64,000 nt of DNA from a virus, in the IMG/VR virus record IMGVR_UViG_3300005805_000045, positions 1-64,000 of that record; one strand, 5' to 3'. Shown piece by piece: positions 46,799 to 56,885 of this stretch. How positions within the stretch are numbered: position 1 is the first letter of the stretch; each line of letters opens with the position of its first letter. The translations under genes and the position numbers were made by a program. Below the pieces are notes generated by a model, which saw only the letters and a program-made list of their open reading frames with translations, was not told where the DNA came from and ran no database searches.

Positions 46799-47801
46799 TT
46801 ATATTGGGAAACTCTTGAATAGTTGTAGAGTATCCGAAATCATCACCTGGTTCGGCATCGATTGGATCAGGCTCAACAGTAATCTTGACAAGTTTGAGCG
46901 GTGAAGCATCAAACGTTGATATGTTGTAAACAGCATTTGTTGATACTGCTCGAATCGTATTATTGACTTTGAACTGACCTTGAGCACCACCGATTTGAAT
47001 CTTCTTTAGTTCTGGATTCCATTCATTAACAAAACCGTATGCTGTGGCTGTATCGTAGTTATTTCCTTGATAAACAATATCACCGATCTTGAATGTCGAG
47101 TTAGCACCATTGTTGAGATACATCCGAACGATATTACCAGCAACCAGAGATGGATCGTTGAAGATATTGGCAATAGACTTGCGAATGATCTTTGGTGTTG
47201 TGATTGGACCAAAGAAATAACCCTTGACTGTAAATGTAAAGTTCCAGTTTACATACCGAACAGTATCGTAATTGCCCTCATAAGTGACATTCTGTGTGAC
47301 ACTGTTTAGAATGATAGGAATGTCTTTCAAAAATCCTAGTTCAGACACAGGAGTCATAGTAAGTGTAAAGTCAGGATTGAAATATGGCAAAATCTGCTCT
47401 GCTATATGTGTGCCATCGTCAATTGTCTTTGTGTATAGATTAAGTTCAAAGTTTATGTCATATGGCACACCCATGTACTGTGATGAAACTCTGGATGCTG
47501 TATCACCTTTAGCAACACGAAGGAGTGAGTTCTGCTTTCTAGATTGATCATATCCAATGCCAGTGATTTCAAATGACAGTCTTGGTAGAATGTTCTGAAA
47601 CTCACGAAGCAAGTCTGGATCTGATTCAAGACGTGTTACAAAGTGATCTTTGGGTGCATAAACGATAGGAACTTTCCATCTCTTGATTTCATTGTTACTA
47701 TCTTTCTCTGTTCTAATGATTGTGATGTCATTGAACATCGACCCAAAAATAATGACATATTTTCGTAAGAGTCTGTAATAAAAATGTGTATTACCGAGCG
47801 T
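46791..47801 (-). CDS. gp15: Tail terminator gp15, predicted ACG start
   Basis: VPIVYAPK, LPRLSFE, EQILPYFNP; conserved-looking N-terminus (T)LGNTHFYYRLLRKYVIIFG begins at ACG 47801, 9 nt after GGAGG. Confidence 0.9.
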   Translation of the reverse strand, partial: TLGNTHFYYRLLRKYVIIFGSMFNDITIIRTEKDSNNEIKRWKVPIVYAPKDHFVTRLESDPDLLREFQNILPRLSFEITGIGYDQSRKQNSLLRVAKGDTASRVSSQYMGVPYDINFELNLYTKTIDDGTHIAEQILPYFNPDFTLTMTPVSELGFLKDIPIILNSVTQNVTYEGNYDTVRYVNWNFTFTVKGYFFGPITTPKIIRKSIANIFNDPSLVAGNIVRMYLNNGANSTFKIGDIVYQGNNYDTATAYGFVNEWNPELKKIQIGGAQGQFKVNNTIRAVSTNAVYNISTFDASPLKLVKITVEPDPIDAEPGDDFGYSTTIQEFPNINE

Positions 47802-48312
47802 TGGAATAACCCTCCTTTCTTTTTTTCCACCAGAGTTTTCTGGCTTCAGACATTTTTTGTTTTTGTTCCATACTTTTCTTTACACCAAGATGAGTTTCTT
47901 TTAGAATATTTCTATGCGCATCAGAAAGTTTTTTTCCTTTATGCTGCAATCCTATTATTTTTTTTCTCTCATCTGTTATAGAGTGTTTTCCTTTATTTGA
48001 TTTAGAAATTTTCTGTTTAGTTTCTTCAGAGTGTTTTCTACCAATCAGTTTTTGTCTTACTTTTTCTATATGCTCTTTTGTATGTTTTCTTCCAGTCTGT
48101 GCTTTTCTTATTGCAACTAATGTTGCTTCAGCATGTGTTATTTGTCCTGATAATGCTTTCCATGCAATTTCATCTTCCCAATGTCCTAAATCTTCCCATA
48201 GTTGTTTATGTAGATTTGCATGTTCTTCCATTGATACTAAAACAATATTTGACTTTTCGTCTGTTCCACCCATATGTTTAGGTATAATATGGTGTTTATG
48301 ATAAATATTCAT
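47791..48312 (-). mobile_element. HNH/NUMOD3 homing endonuclease (Mob-like)
   Basis: HKHHIIPKHMGGTDEKSNIV...EEHANLH; ATG 48312 follows AGGAG. Confidence 0.88.
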
Positions 48313-48383
48313 ATACTGGTGCTCCTCATTAGCATTAGAGTGGATAGAGACTGCAATCTCGTGATCCACATTTTTTATTTATT
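48313..48383 (-). promoter_or_regulatory. Late promoter plus conserved structured HEG leader, copy B
   Basis: AATAAATA-aaaaat-GTGGAT-cac-GAGA-ttgcag-TCTC-t-ATCCAC-tctaa-TGCT-aatgagg-AGCA-ccagtat-ATG. Confidence 0.8.
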
Positions 48384-48384
48384 C

Positions 48385-49257
48385 TTATGGTACTCCAAAT
48401 GGATTGCGTTCGGAGAAGTCAATATAACTATTGGCCTCTGATTGTAGAACTCTGTTATCAAAGAGATCATAGTATGGCGACTCACTGAATGTGTTTGTGA
48501 GAACGATTCGCATATTGGTATTTGAATCCATGCCTCTGATATTAGAGTTGTTGGCAAACTCACCTTTGATTGTGTTCAGAGAAATGATCTTGTTGTTTGG
48601 ATCCCAGTTGCTTACTGATGCTGTGGCTGTGGCTGTAGCAAGTGTATTGCCCTGATATACCGTCTCACCAATTCTATAGTTACCAGAACCAGTCATGTTA
48701 TAGTTCAAAGTAAACACAAAATCATCAGAAATCTCGTCAATTTCTTCAACACCTGTGTTCATATCTTCGTTTGAGTATCTGAAGTTCTCGCAACGTATTT
48801 CATAGATGTATGGGAACTTTCTGCCAAGTGTGAAGAATAGCAACTCATCTTCGACGAACTTTATTTCTAGAACCTTATTCATAACAGGAACAAAGAGTAG
48901 ATCACCTTCTCTGGGTCTTCTTGCTATATTTGTTGGTACATACTTATCAAATGTTCTTTTTGCAAGAACAATGTTTGTGTTTTCTCTAATTTCAAGACCA
49001 AACTTTGAAAAGAAGTCACCATCACCTTCGTAGCCATCTACGTTAGCAATATACATTTCCATTTGATAGGCACGTTCGAACTTTGATTGAATATTCTCAC
49101 CAAATATTTGATCAGTTGTATCCCATGCCTCACGAGGAAGATAGTAGATATCATGACCCATGATTTTAATGGACTCGACAAGCACATCTTCATAAAGTCT
49201 TTGTTCGCCTGTGCGATATTTTGGAGAAAAGTTGTTGAAGTAATGGTTTGTGGCTAT
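48385..49257 (-). CDS. gp14: Neck protein gp14, predicted ATA start
   Basis: YYLPRE, FSKFGLEI, RPREGDL, FSERNPFG; (I)ATNHYFNNF begins at ATA 49257, 9 nt after AGGAG, with an in-frame TAG just upstream. Confidence 0.9.
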   Translation of the reverse strand: MATNHYFNNFSPKYRTGEQRLYEDVLVESIKIMGHDIYYLPREAWDTTDQIFGENIQSKFERAYQMEMYIANVDGYEGDGDFFSKFGLEIRENTNIVLAKRTFDKYVPTNIARRPREGDLLFVPVMNKVLEIKFVEDELLFFTLGRKFPYIYEIRCENFRYSNEDMNTGVEEIDEISDDFVFTLNYNMTGSGNYRIGETVYQGNTLATATATASVSNWDPNNKIISLNTIKGEFANNSNIRGMDSNTNMRIVLTNTFSESPYYDLFDNRVLQSEANSYIDFSERNPFGVP

Positions 49258-49261
49258 GGCA

Positions 49262-50038
49262 CTAAACTCCTATATTTTTGACTGTGCCCCTAAACCATTC
49301 ATCTCCGGGACATTCTTTACTTCGTTTATTTATCACACCATTGTTCCACCAAAACGATCCCTTTATATACTTTGCATTATTTGGCGGACGTCCTTTCATT
49401 GTAGCACTTGTTTTAGCATTCATTTGCTTTTTCAATTCAGGATCATGCTGTTTGCCATAAAAAGGATTCTTTTCACCACTAAGAGCATCACTAACTTTTT
49501 TTCTATGTTCATCTGATAAAGGACCCAAGATTTTTCCTTTATTGCTTTCAGATATCTTTCTTTTTGTTTCTTCTGTTTTTTTCTTGCCAGTATTAGATAA
49601 CGATCTCTTTGCGATTTGTTCTAGTGTTTGTGGAGATAGTTTTTTGCGTCCCTCTAAATATTTTTTTTGATATTCTGGATCTTGATGAAGTTTCTTAGAT
49701 GCTTCAGATAGTTTTTCACGAACGTTTTTGTTAGATTGATCATCAATGTGCCAATGGCCAAAATGTTTTTTGCTCAAATTATAATATTTAATGCCCAACT
49801 CGTTATCGGCAATTAATTGAAGCCATTTATGCTCTTGTTCCAACAAAACTTCTTTATCAATATTTTTCTGAATAATACGTCGTTTGAAATTTTCTGGTCT
49901 ACGCCTATATGCATCACGCATTCTTCTAGACGAACAGATGTATCCATCATTTATAGTTCCATAGTGACAGCCGAGATAATACATCTTACGCTTGCTGTCA
50001 TACCAAATATAGATAAATCCTGTCTTTTCTTGGCACAT
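49262..50038 (-). mobile_element. Free-standing Seg-like GIY-YIG homing endonuclease
   Basis: GFIYIWYDSKRKMYYLGCH...YYNL, NUMOD3, WWNNG C-terminus; TATAAATA at 50070-50077. Confidence 0.88.
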
Positions 50039-50092
50039 AATCGGTTCCCATCATAGATATCTTTAGAGCTATTTATATGCAAAATGCGTCAC

Positions 50093-50836
50093 CTAGCCCA
50101 TAATCATCATTGGGGGTTCTTCATGGGAACTCCGAATCAATTGTTCTAATTCTTGAATCTCTTGAATAGCTTCGTTATAGATTTGCTGTCCGTTCATGGT
50201 AATGCCACCAGGTAGTTGCATTCCACTAAATTTCTTCATGTTATTGCCCCACTGCTTTTTGATATAAGCAGTTGCTAGTTTTTTGAGCAGTCTGTCGTTA
50301 TAGACTTTATTATATGTGTCAGGATCAAGAATGATGAATCCTTCGATAACAACATATTCCAATGCGTCAATCTTTGTGTTCCAGTCCCAATCGATATAGA
50401 GTTTGTTTGAATGTCTATTGAATCTAATTGGAGTCTCGCCGGAGAATAGCATATCCAGTGTTCTGATATGTTGCTGGGTTAGTACATAGTTGACATAAGA
50501 AGTAGAAGTAAAGTCATAAAGCTCATGAAGTCTGAGCTGGTAACGCAGGTCGAACATATTGACTGATGCGTTTGTAGAACCTATCGGAAATATTCGTGTG
50601 ATACCAATAATGTTATCAGGAATTGTGATATACTTGTTTGCTATGTCTTGTTGTGTTATTTGATGGCTGATATACCATCTTTCAACGCCATCAACATGGA
50701 AATCTCTATAATACTGAAAGGCTAGATCAACGGCATCTTCCACTTGCTCATCATCAACGTTTATGTCAAGGACTGGTGCACCTAACTGACGTAGGCACCA
50801 ATCTTTTAGTTGTTCTCTTGTGGCTGGTGATGACAT
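50093..50836 (-). CDS. gp13: Neck protein gp13
   Basis: LRQLGAPVLDINV, KKQWGNNMKKF, LPGGITMNG. Confidence 0.95.
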   Translation of the reverse strand: MSSPATREQLKDWCLRQLGAPVLDINVDDEQVEDAVDLAFQYYRDFHVDGVERWYISHQITQQDIANKYITIPDNIIGITRIFPIGSTNASVNMFDLRYQLRLHELYDFTSTSYVNYVLTQQHIRTLDMLFSGETPIRFNRHSNKLYIDWDWNTKIDALEYVVIEGFIILDPDTYNKVYNDRLLKKLATAYIKKQWGNNMKKFSGMQLPGGITMNGQQIYNEAIQEIQELEQLIRSSHEEPPMMIMG

Positions 50837-50860
50837 TTATTATCCTATTTTTTGCTCGTT

Positions 50861-52039
50861 TTATTTATTATTTATGTTGTTTCGCAACTCATCTATTTTT
50901 TGTTTCCACTTATCTGACATTTTTACGAGTTCCTCATCTAAATCCAGTGGATCGTTTTCAAGTGACAGAATATTAAACAAGTGATTCAATTTCAATGTCT
51001 TATATTGAATGGAATCCTTAGTAATGAACCCATACTCTTTTTCAAAATTGTAAATAAATTCAATGCGTTCGTCCAATGGTGCTGCAAATGGTGACGTATA
51101 CTTTGGTCCGATTATTGGTAGTATGTTGTAATTAGTGACACCCTCGCAAAATCGACCGTTTATCTCTTCGACTTTCTTGATATCTTCGATTAGATTTTTA
51201 TACGACCATCTATTTAAGGTATTTGTGTACCCAAGTTCTACCTTGTTCTTACGACCCTTCATGAATTTTTCCAAGTTTTGAATAGTCTTGTCCCAGTTTC
51301 CTCCACGAGTCCAATTGTACATTTTCCCGGACGAATCCAGACTTATCCTTAATGAAAGATTCTTTAGGTTGTGAAGTATGGTTAACATCTCATCAGAAAG
51401 CTCTTGGAAGTTGCTTAAAAACTCGACATTGACATCAAGCTCTTGTTCTACAATGTGAAGAAGCATTCTCTTTACTTCATTTTGTATTAGAGGCTCGCCT
51501 CCCTTAATTTGAAGTATCTTGAGCTGGGGAAGAAGATCAAAAATCTTCTTCATGTTTTGTTCAGTCGTCCAATGCTTATATTTGACTGGTTTACGGTTGA
51601 ATTTGGTCTTGGCGTTCTGTTTGTCGAACATGAACCATTTTGAACTACATTCACTCTTACACATCAGACATTGTTGATTGCAAAGATTGTTAAAGCAAAC
51701 GTCGAGGTGTTCGATCTTACAGTCGTCTATTTTGAAGTTAGTCGAGATGCCATTCTTTCCGTACTTTCTAGGTAACATATTACGAAGAGAGTTCACAGAT
51801 GAGTTCTCTCTTCTTGTACAGGCAATACAAACCTCGTTCTCTTCGACCTTCATATTCCTGTACTTGATGAAATAATCAGTGTTAAAAAAATCCTGTAGAT
51901 TTTCTATATCATCAATGTGTGGTGGAGTAAGCCCCAGAACTTGTTCCTTGGATATACCACACAGATGTATATAACCCTCGGGCGTGATATGAATACCAGA
52001 CCACATATGCAAACATAAATGTTTCAAATTTTCATTCAT
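50861..52039 (-). CDS. Radical SAM enzyme with N-terminal twitch/SPASM-like region
   Basis: CLHMW...C...CIAC; NLCNQQCLMC; GGEPL; TGATG-coupled start at 52039. Confidence 0.88.
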   Translation of the reverse strand: MNENLKHLCLHMWSGIHITPEGYIHLCGISKEQVLGLTPPHIDDIENLQDFFNTDYFIKYRNMKVEENEVCIACTRRENSSVNSLRNMLPRKYGKNGISTNFKIDDCKIEHLDVCFNNLCNQQCLMCKSECSSKWFMFDKQNAKTKFNRKPVKYKHWTTEQNMKKIFDLLPQLKILQIKGGEPLIQNEVKRMLLHIVEQELDVNVEFLSNFQELSDEMLTILHNLKNLSLRISLDSSGKMYNWTRGGNWDKTIQNLEKFMKGRKNKVELGYTNTLNRWSYKNLIEDIKKVEEINGRFCEGVTNYNILPIIGPKYTSPFAAPLDERIEFIYNFEKEYGFITKDSIQYKTLKLNHLFNILSLENDPLDLDEELVKMSDKWKQKIDELRNNINNK

Positions 52040-52524
52040 CACAGGGATAGCCTCATATAGCAATTATTATGCGTCGTTTTATTCTTGTCTGGGAGAACAT
52101 CATTGAATTGTTCTGTAACTTGTTCGAACCCACACTTGGAATGTACACGCATTGAATTTGGTCCAGCCATAACCCACATGAAACTCTCTGGTCTGGTTTG
52201 ACGGCATTCGTCTATGACGTGTCTTAGCAATTTCTCTGATATTTTCTGACCACGGAATTTTTTATAAACGAATATACCACGAGAACGAATGGTGTTGTCT
52301 ATAAGATGATAAGAGATGCACCCTGCTGGTTCGTTCTTGTGATAGTAAACATAGAACTTGGGTTTTGACAACGACAGGTCATAGACGTTCATATCGTTGC
52401 CGCCAAAATACTCCTTACCATCATAGAATTTCATGGAGCTAACAAGCTTTACGTCATAGTCTCCCCACATCTCAGGATCAGACCACAAAGATTTTACTTC
52501 AGCGAAGGTCGCTTCAAGTATCAT
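52039..52524 (-). CDS. GNAT-family acetyltransferase
   Basis: RGIFVYKKFRGQKIS, HSKCGF. Confidence 0.75.
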   Translation of the reverse strand: MILEATFAEVKSLWSDPEMWGDYDVKLVSSMKFYDGKEYFGGNDMNVYDLSLSKPKFYVYYHKNEPAGCISYHLIDNTIRSRGIFVYKKFRGQKISEKLLRHVIDECRQTRPESFMWVMAGPNSMRVHSKCGFEQVTEQFNDVLPDKNKTTHNNCYMRLSL

Positions 52525-53576
52525 ATATTGTCCCAAATAGTTTCTATACACTTGTAAATATCTTTAACTTCTGTGTAGTGATTTAGGGGCAATGAAAGAA
52601 TTGTGTCACAAACAATCTGACTGTTCTGTAGAGTATCTTTTCTATGGGGCAGAGATTTATACATAGGATTTTCTGATATTGGATTTTTATAGTGAACAGT
52701 AGCACCTAATAATTTTTGTATTTTGTCTCTGGTTTGTCTATCCTGAAATCTAACCACATACTTGTGGTAGTTATGATCGACATGTTCAATGTTCTGAATT
52801 GAAATAGGAAAATCTTTGAATGCGTTGTTATAAATTTCTGCGTTTCTTTGACGAATGTATTGCCATTTTTTCATGCTCTTCAATCTATGATCTATAACAC
52901 GAGCGTTCAGTAGAAGCATCTTAGAGTTATAGCCTAAAATTTCTCCATTTCCGTGCACTCGTAATTTTTTGACGGTATTATATAGTGATTCGTCATCGGT
53001 TAGAAAAGCGCCACCCCCAGAAATACCCGCCACGTTTTTATTGGCGTTAAAACTCAAAGCACTGGCAATTCCCAGTGTGCCCGCTTTGATACTTTGGTAA
53101 CTAACCCCTATGGCCTGACAAGCATCTTCAACAAAGTGAATCTTCTTCTCCTTACAGAAAGCTATGATCTGTCTTGTATCGGACATACTACCAAAGAGAT
53201 GGGGATATACGATTGCTTTGGTTTTGTCTGAATACATTCTTTTAATACTATCAAAATTCATATGATATGTTTCAAGATCAATGTCGCAAAAGACAGGAGT
53301 AGCGCCCACCATAGAAACACATGATGCCGTAGAAAGCCAAGAGAAATTTGGAACTAAAACTTCATCTCCTGCCTTGATTCCTAATGCAAGCATAGAAAAG
53401 AATAGCGCATCTGTTCCACTTGCTACAGAAATTGCATACTTCCTTCCCGTTATTCCACATAATGATTTTTCAAGAAAGCTAATATCAGTTTCTTGTTTTT
53501 CTGACAGAGTAGATTCAAATAGTTCAAAGTACTCTCTCTTGTTTTCAATAAATTCTCTTTCCCATCCAGTTTTCAT
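52521..53576 (-). CDS. DegT/DnrJ/EryC1/StrS PLP aminotransferase
   Basis: SGTDAL, GDEVLVP, VEDACQAIG, SFNANK. Confidence 0.93.
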   Translation of the reverse strand: MKTGWEREFIENKREYFELFESTLSEKQETDISFLEKSLCGITGRKYAISVASGTDALFFSMLALGIKAGDEVLVPNFSWLSTASCVSMVGATPVFCDIDLETYHMNFDSIKRMYSDKTKAIVYPHLFGSMSDTRQIIAFCKEKKIHFVEDACQAIGVSYQSIKAGTLGIASALSFNANKNVAGISGGGAFLTDDESLYNTVKKLRVHGNGEILGYNSKMLLLNARVIDHRLKSMKKWQYIRQRNAEIYNNAFKDFPISIQNIEHVDHNYHKYVVRFQDRQTRDKIQKLLGATVHYKNPISENPMYKSLPHRKDTLQNSQIVCDTILSLPLNHYTEVKDIYKCIETIWDNI

Positions 53577-54667
53577 TATACGTATTCCCAAATTGAATTA
53601 TATTCTATATCTTTGAATAAGATTCTTTTAAAATGTTCATCTTTCTTTTCATTAGGATCTACTTTGACTTCCTTTGTAACTCCACCAGCAAGTCTAAAAT
53701 GAATATCAAACAAGTATGCTTTATTCGGGCTGTAGGGAACAAATGTTATATTCAATACGCTTAGTTTCATGTTCGATGCTTCAATTATTTTATACATTAA
53801 CGACATAAATGTTTCAAAATTTGAATTACCCAAAACCTCTCTGGCACGAATGTAATTATCTTCACGTTTATCTATTACGTATTGTTTGGAATATATGTAA
53901 GCTGGAAAGAAAATTCCAACATCTTTTGGGAGCAATGTTTTTAGAACTACTATAAAATGGATTTTATTGTTGGCTACAATTAAACTTATACTATAACATT
54001 CTCGACTAGAAACACACTCTTGAATAATGTGTCTTCCTCGTATGCCAGCAAGACTTTTCCCAAATTTCATTTCCTTTCCATTTTTCTGAATATTCAAAAA
54101 TTCATCCAAAGCATCATATTTTTGAATAACATCAATAAGATGTGCGGAATTTTTATATTTCAGATAGTCAAACTCAGAATATTTTTCTTCAGTCATATGC
54201 AATCGTGTAGATCCGTCAGCACCATTTGTGGGTTTTACAAATATTTCACTATCAAACTCTCTTATAATTTCTTCAACAGAAGTAGGAACAATTGTATGAG
54301 GATGAGGGATATTGTGTTTTCGACAGAAGTAAAAGAATTTTTCCTTATCCATTAAATCGTTTATTTTACAATTCATTTTTGGAATCATTTTTACATTACT
54401 ATCTAGAGTATCTAGCATAGGATATAAATTGTCGCATTGAGACAACACATAGTCAATTTCATACCGATTAACTAATTTATGAATTGCTTCTTTATAATCT
54501 CTTATAGTTGGCTTGCTATATTCTATGTGTCGAAGCGATTTATGAGACTCTCTTGGAAAATCCATCAAGTTATATACAGTGTGTCCGTATCGCTCTGCTT
54601 CTGCCACAGTTAAATTCATGAGATGTGAATTTTTACTTAAATTCACAAACAACAATTTTTTACCCAT
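53576..54667 (-). CDS. ATP-grasp fold protein
   Basis: DKEKFFYFCRKHNIPHP, IFVKP..G, IIQE, LFDIHFRLAGG. Confidence 0.75.
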   Translation of the reverse strand: MGKKLLFVNLSKNSHLMNLTVAEAERYGHTVYNLMDFPRESHKSLRHIEYSKPTIRDYKEAIHKLVNRYEIDYVLSQCDNLYPMLDTLDSNVKMIPKMNCKINDLMDKEKFFYFCRKHNIPHPHTIVPTSVEEIIREFDSEIFVKPTNGADGSTRLHMTEEKYSEFDYLKYKNSAHLIDVIQKYDALDEFLNIQKNGKEMKFGKSLAGIRGRHIIQECVSSRECYSISLIVANNKIHFIVVLKTLLPKDVGIFFPAYIYSKQYVIDKREDNYIRAREVLGNSNFETFMSLMYKIIEASNMKLSVLNITFVPYSPNKAYLFDIHFRLAGGVTKEVKVDPNEKKDEHFKRILFKDIEYNSIWEYV

Positions 54668-54678
54668 AATAATTTCCT

Positions 54679-55872
54679 TTATTGTATAATATACTTAGAG
54701 ATTAACTCATTAAATTTTGATTCATCCTTGGCTTTCACCACACAAATCCCACAATCACAATGACTGTTTGGGCAGAGCATGGTAGGAGGCTTTCCTTCTG
54801 TTCTGACTTTTTCTTCCAACCACAACAAATATTCATCTGAAGTAGAAAGGTTACATATTGGACCTCTGTTTTTGGTAAAACTTTTGACGTGTTTTAACAT
54901 GGGTCCAATTTTAACTTCTGGGGTATCTTCGGTTTTTGCCATACATGTTTGATGATGATAAACAACATCCTTGTCTTCTTCGATATGTAAGAAGAACCAA
55001 TTGACCATACAATTCCAGCCTTCAAAGTTAGACTGTTCTATAAACATCGTGTCAGTCTGTTTACCTGTCGCACCAACGGTCATGCATCTTCCACCACAAC
55101 ACATACGCCCCATCTTACGAGCTAATCCATCGTCAGATACGGCTTTGATCTCTGAACCACCAACCTTTTTATTTTTGTCCGACCAGTGATTGCGAAGATA
55201 TTCCTGTTGTTCTTTGGTGTAGACGTGAGATGTGCGTCTCATTTGTCCGTCAACATCCTCAAACCATTCAGTTCTAAATTTGCCGTCGTCGCCTATGATT
55301 CTTGGGATGTAGTTTATTCCATTTGGTTTTAAGAAATTTTCGATTAGGTCCACACATTCATCCCAGTAATCCATGTGCATCATAACATTAACCTTGAGTT
55401 TATTTTGGTTTTTGATGTTCTGATGTGTCCAAAGTAGGTTGTGACGAATGAGTTCCTTTTGTTTGGGCGTTCCTTCACAGTGATAAGACACTGTGATTGA
55501 ATCTAAGTGCTTCAGTAACTCTTTACCCTTACGTTCATTCCAAGTACCATTAGTGGTTAGATTCAACTTCATATAAGGATACGTTTCACGCATGTAAGGC
55601 AGAAGTTGATAGAAGGCTGGATTGACTGCTGGTTCTCCTCCCGTGAACGAGATGACAATACGCCAATCTTTTTGATGAAACATGGAATATATAGCATAGT
55701 AATCGTCAATAAACTTGGCTGTCTGTTTATATTTCTCAAAGGAATTCATAGGGGCTGTTGTTGAATGCATCCATCCTGTGCAATATGAACAATCAAAGTT
55801 ACAACGTCTGCCCAAATCCCACACAACCATTTTGGTTGGTAGTTTTTCGTCACTGTAGATGTAATCTATCAT
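54679..55872 (-). CDS. Radical SAM enzyme with Cys-rich C-terminus
   Basis: RCNFDCSYC, FTGGEP, TTNG, CCGGR, CPNSHCDCG. Confidence 0.9.
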   Translation of the reverse strand: MIDYIYSDEKLPTKMVVWDLGRRCNFDCSYCTGWMHSTTAPMNSFEKYKQTAKFIDDYYAIYSMFHQKDWRIVISFTGGEPAVNPAFYQLLPYMRETYPYMKLNLTTNGTWNERKGKELLKHLDSITVSYHCEGTPKQKELIRHNLLWTHQNIKNQNKLKVNVMMHMDYWDECVDLIENFLKPNGINYIPRIIGDDGKFRTEWFEDVDGQMRRTSHVYTKEQQEYLRNHWSDKNKKVGGSEIKAVSDDGLARKMGRMCCGGRCMTVGATGKQTDTMFIEQSNFEGWNCMVNWFFLHIEEDKDVVYHHQTCMAKTEDTPEVKIGPMLKHVKSFTKNRGPICNLSTSDEYLLWLEEKVRTEGKPPTMLCPNSHCDCGICVVKAKDESKFNELISKYIIQ

Positions 55873-56885
55873 TTTATATGATTGCCTTTTGGTAAATTAG
55901 TTGTGATACTGATATTATTAGCTATTTCAACTTCAAAAAAATAATCTTTATTCAAGGGTTTCAGTTTATCTTCTTTTGAAAATCTATCAGATGGTTTAAG
56001 ATAAAATTTCACACCCCAATCTTTTGCTAGTTGTCTTGCTTCAGTTATTTGATGCTCGTTAAATCGCATTGGTATAAATTGCCAAAAACATTCTATGCCA
56101 TTCTTTGCTGCTGTCTTCATATTATTAGTGATTTCGTTCCAATCTTGGTTTATTCTATGTATTTTGGAAGTGTCTTCTAAACCATCTATTCCCCAAAAAA
56201 CAATTACATGTATGCCAGATTGTCGCAATTCTTTCCATAAGTTTTGAGTCTTATTCCACCATTTTTCAGTTTTACCAGTTGCTGCTATACTTACACGATA
56301 GTGTTTCACTGTATGTTGATTTAGTAATATTAACATCTCATGATAATGTTTATAAAAAATAGGATCACTAAGAGAACCACAGTCTACAATACTATCCCAA
56401 AATTTATATTGAAATACGTCTTTTAATACATCCAAAGAAATATCAATATTATTTAAACGATTTTGATTTACTCTGGCACAATAACCACATTTTAACGAAC
56501 ATCTATTAGATGTTTCTATCTGAATGGTATTGAAATCTTTTGTATGAAATTTTTTATCTTCGTATACAAAATTTGGATCATACTTTATCATAGGAGAAGT
56601 TCTAGGTGATTGTTTAGAACCACAAAATTTCCAACATTTTTTTAATTTAGTAGTATGTAGATTGTCGATTAAATTATTCCACTCGACACTCTCTACTATT
56701 TCAGCATATCTCTTGTTATATAATGAAAAATTATTATTGATAAATGGATTGTCATCATAAGTTTCATCTGTTAATTGAATTTTATTCATCAAAGAAGTAT
56801 AATTTAACTGACAACAAGGAAACAAAAACCCTTCATTAGATATAAATGGTGACATTGTTCCACTGTAGCATTTTGGATATATCAT
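55869..56885 (-). CDS. Radical SAM enzyme with N-terminal SPASM-like domain
   Basis: GFLFPCC...CWKFC precedes RCSLKCGYC; GIDGL, WQFI, NEHQI. Confidence 0.85.
   Translation of the reverse strand: MIYPKCYSGTMSPFISNEGFLFPCCQLNYTSLMNKIQLTDETYDDNPFINNNFSLYNKRYAEIVESVEWNNLIDNLHTTKLKKCWKFCGSKQSPRTSPMIKYDPNFVYEDKKFHTKDFNTIQIETSNRCSLKCGYCARVNQNRLNNIDISLDVLKDVFQYKFWDSIVDCGSLSDPIFYKHYHEMLILLNQHTVKHYRVSIAATGKTEKWWNKTQNLWKELRQSGIHVIVFWGIDGLEDTSKIHRINQDWNEITNNMKTAAKNGIECFWQFIPMRFNEHQITEARQLAKDWGVKFYLKPSDRFSKEDKLKPLNKDYFFEVEIANNISITTNLPKGNHIK

Noticed and set aside
48313-48369. ORF-track N-terminal extension MDHEIAV... of the HNH gene
   Set aside because: It runs through the structured leader; the SD sits before ATG 48312
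47791-50092. Group I introns housing the HEGs
   Set aside because: gp13 and gp14 end in proper stops, and the non-coding flanks are under 75 nt, too short for a group I core
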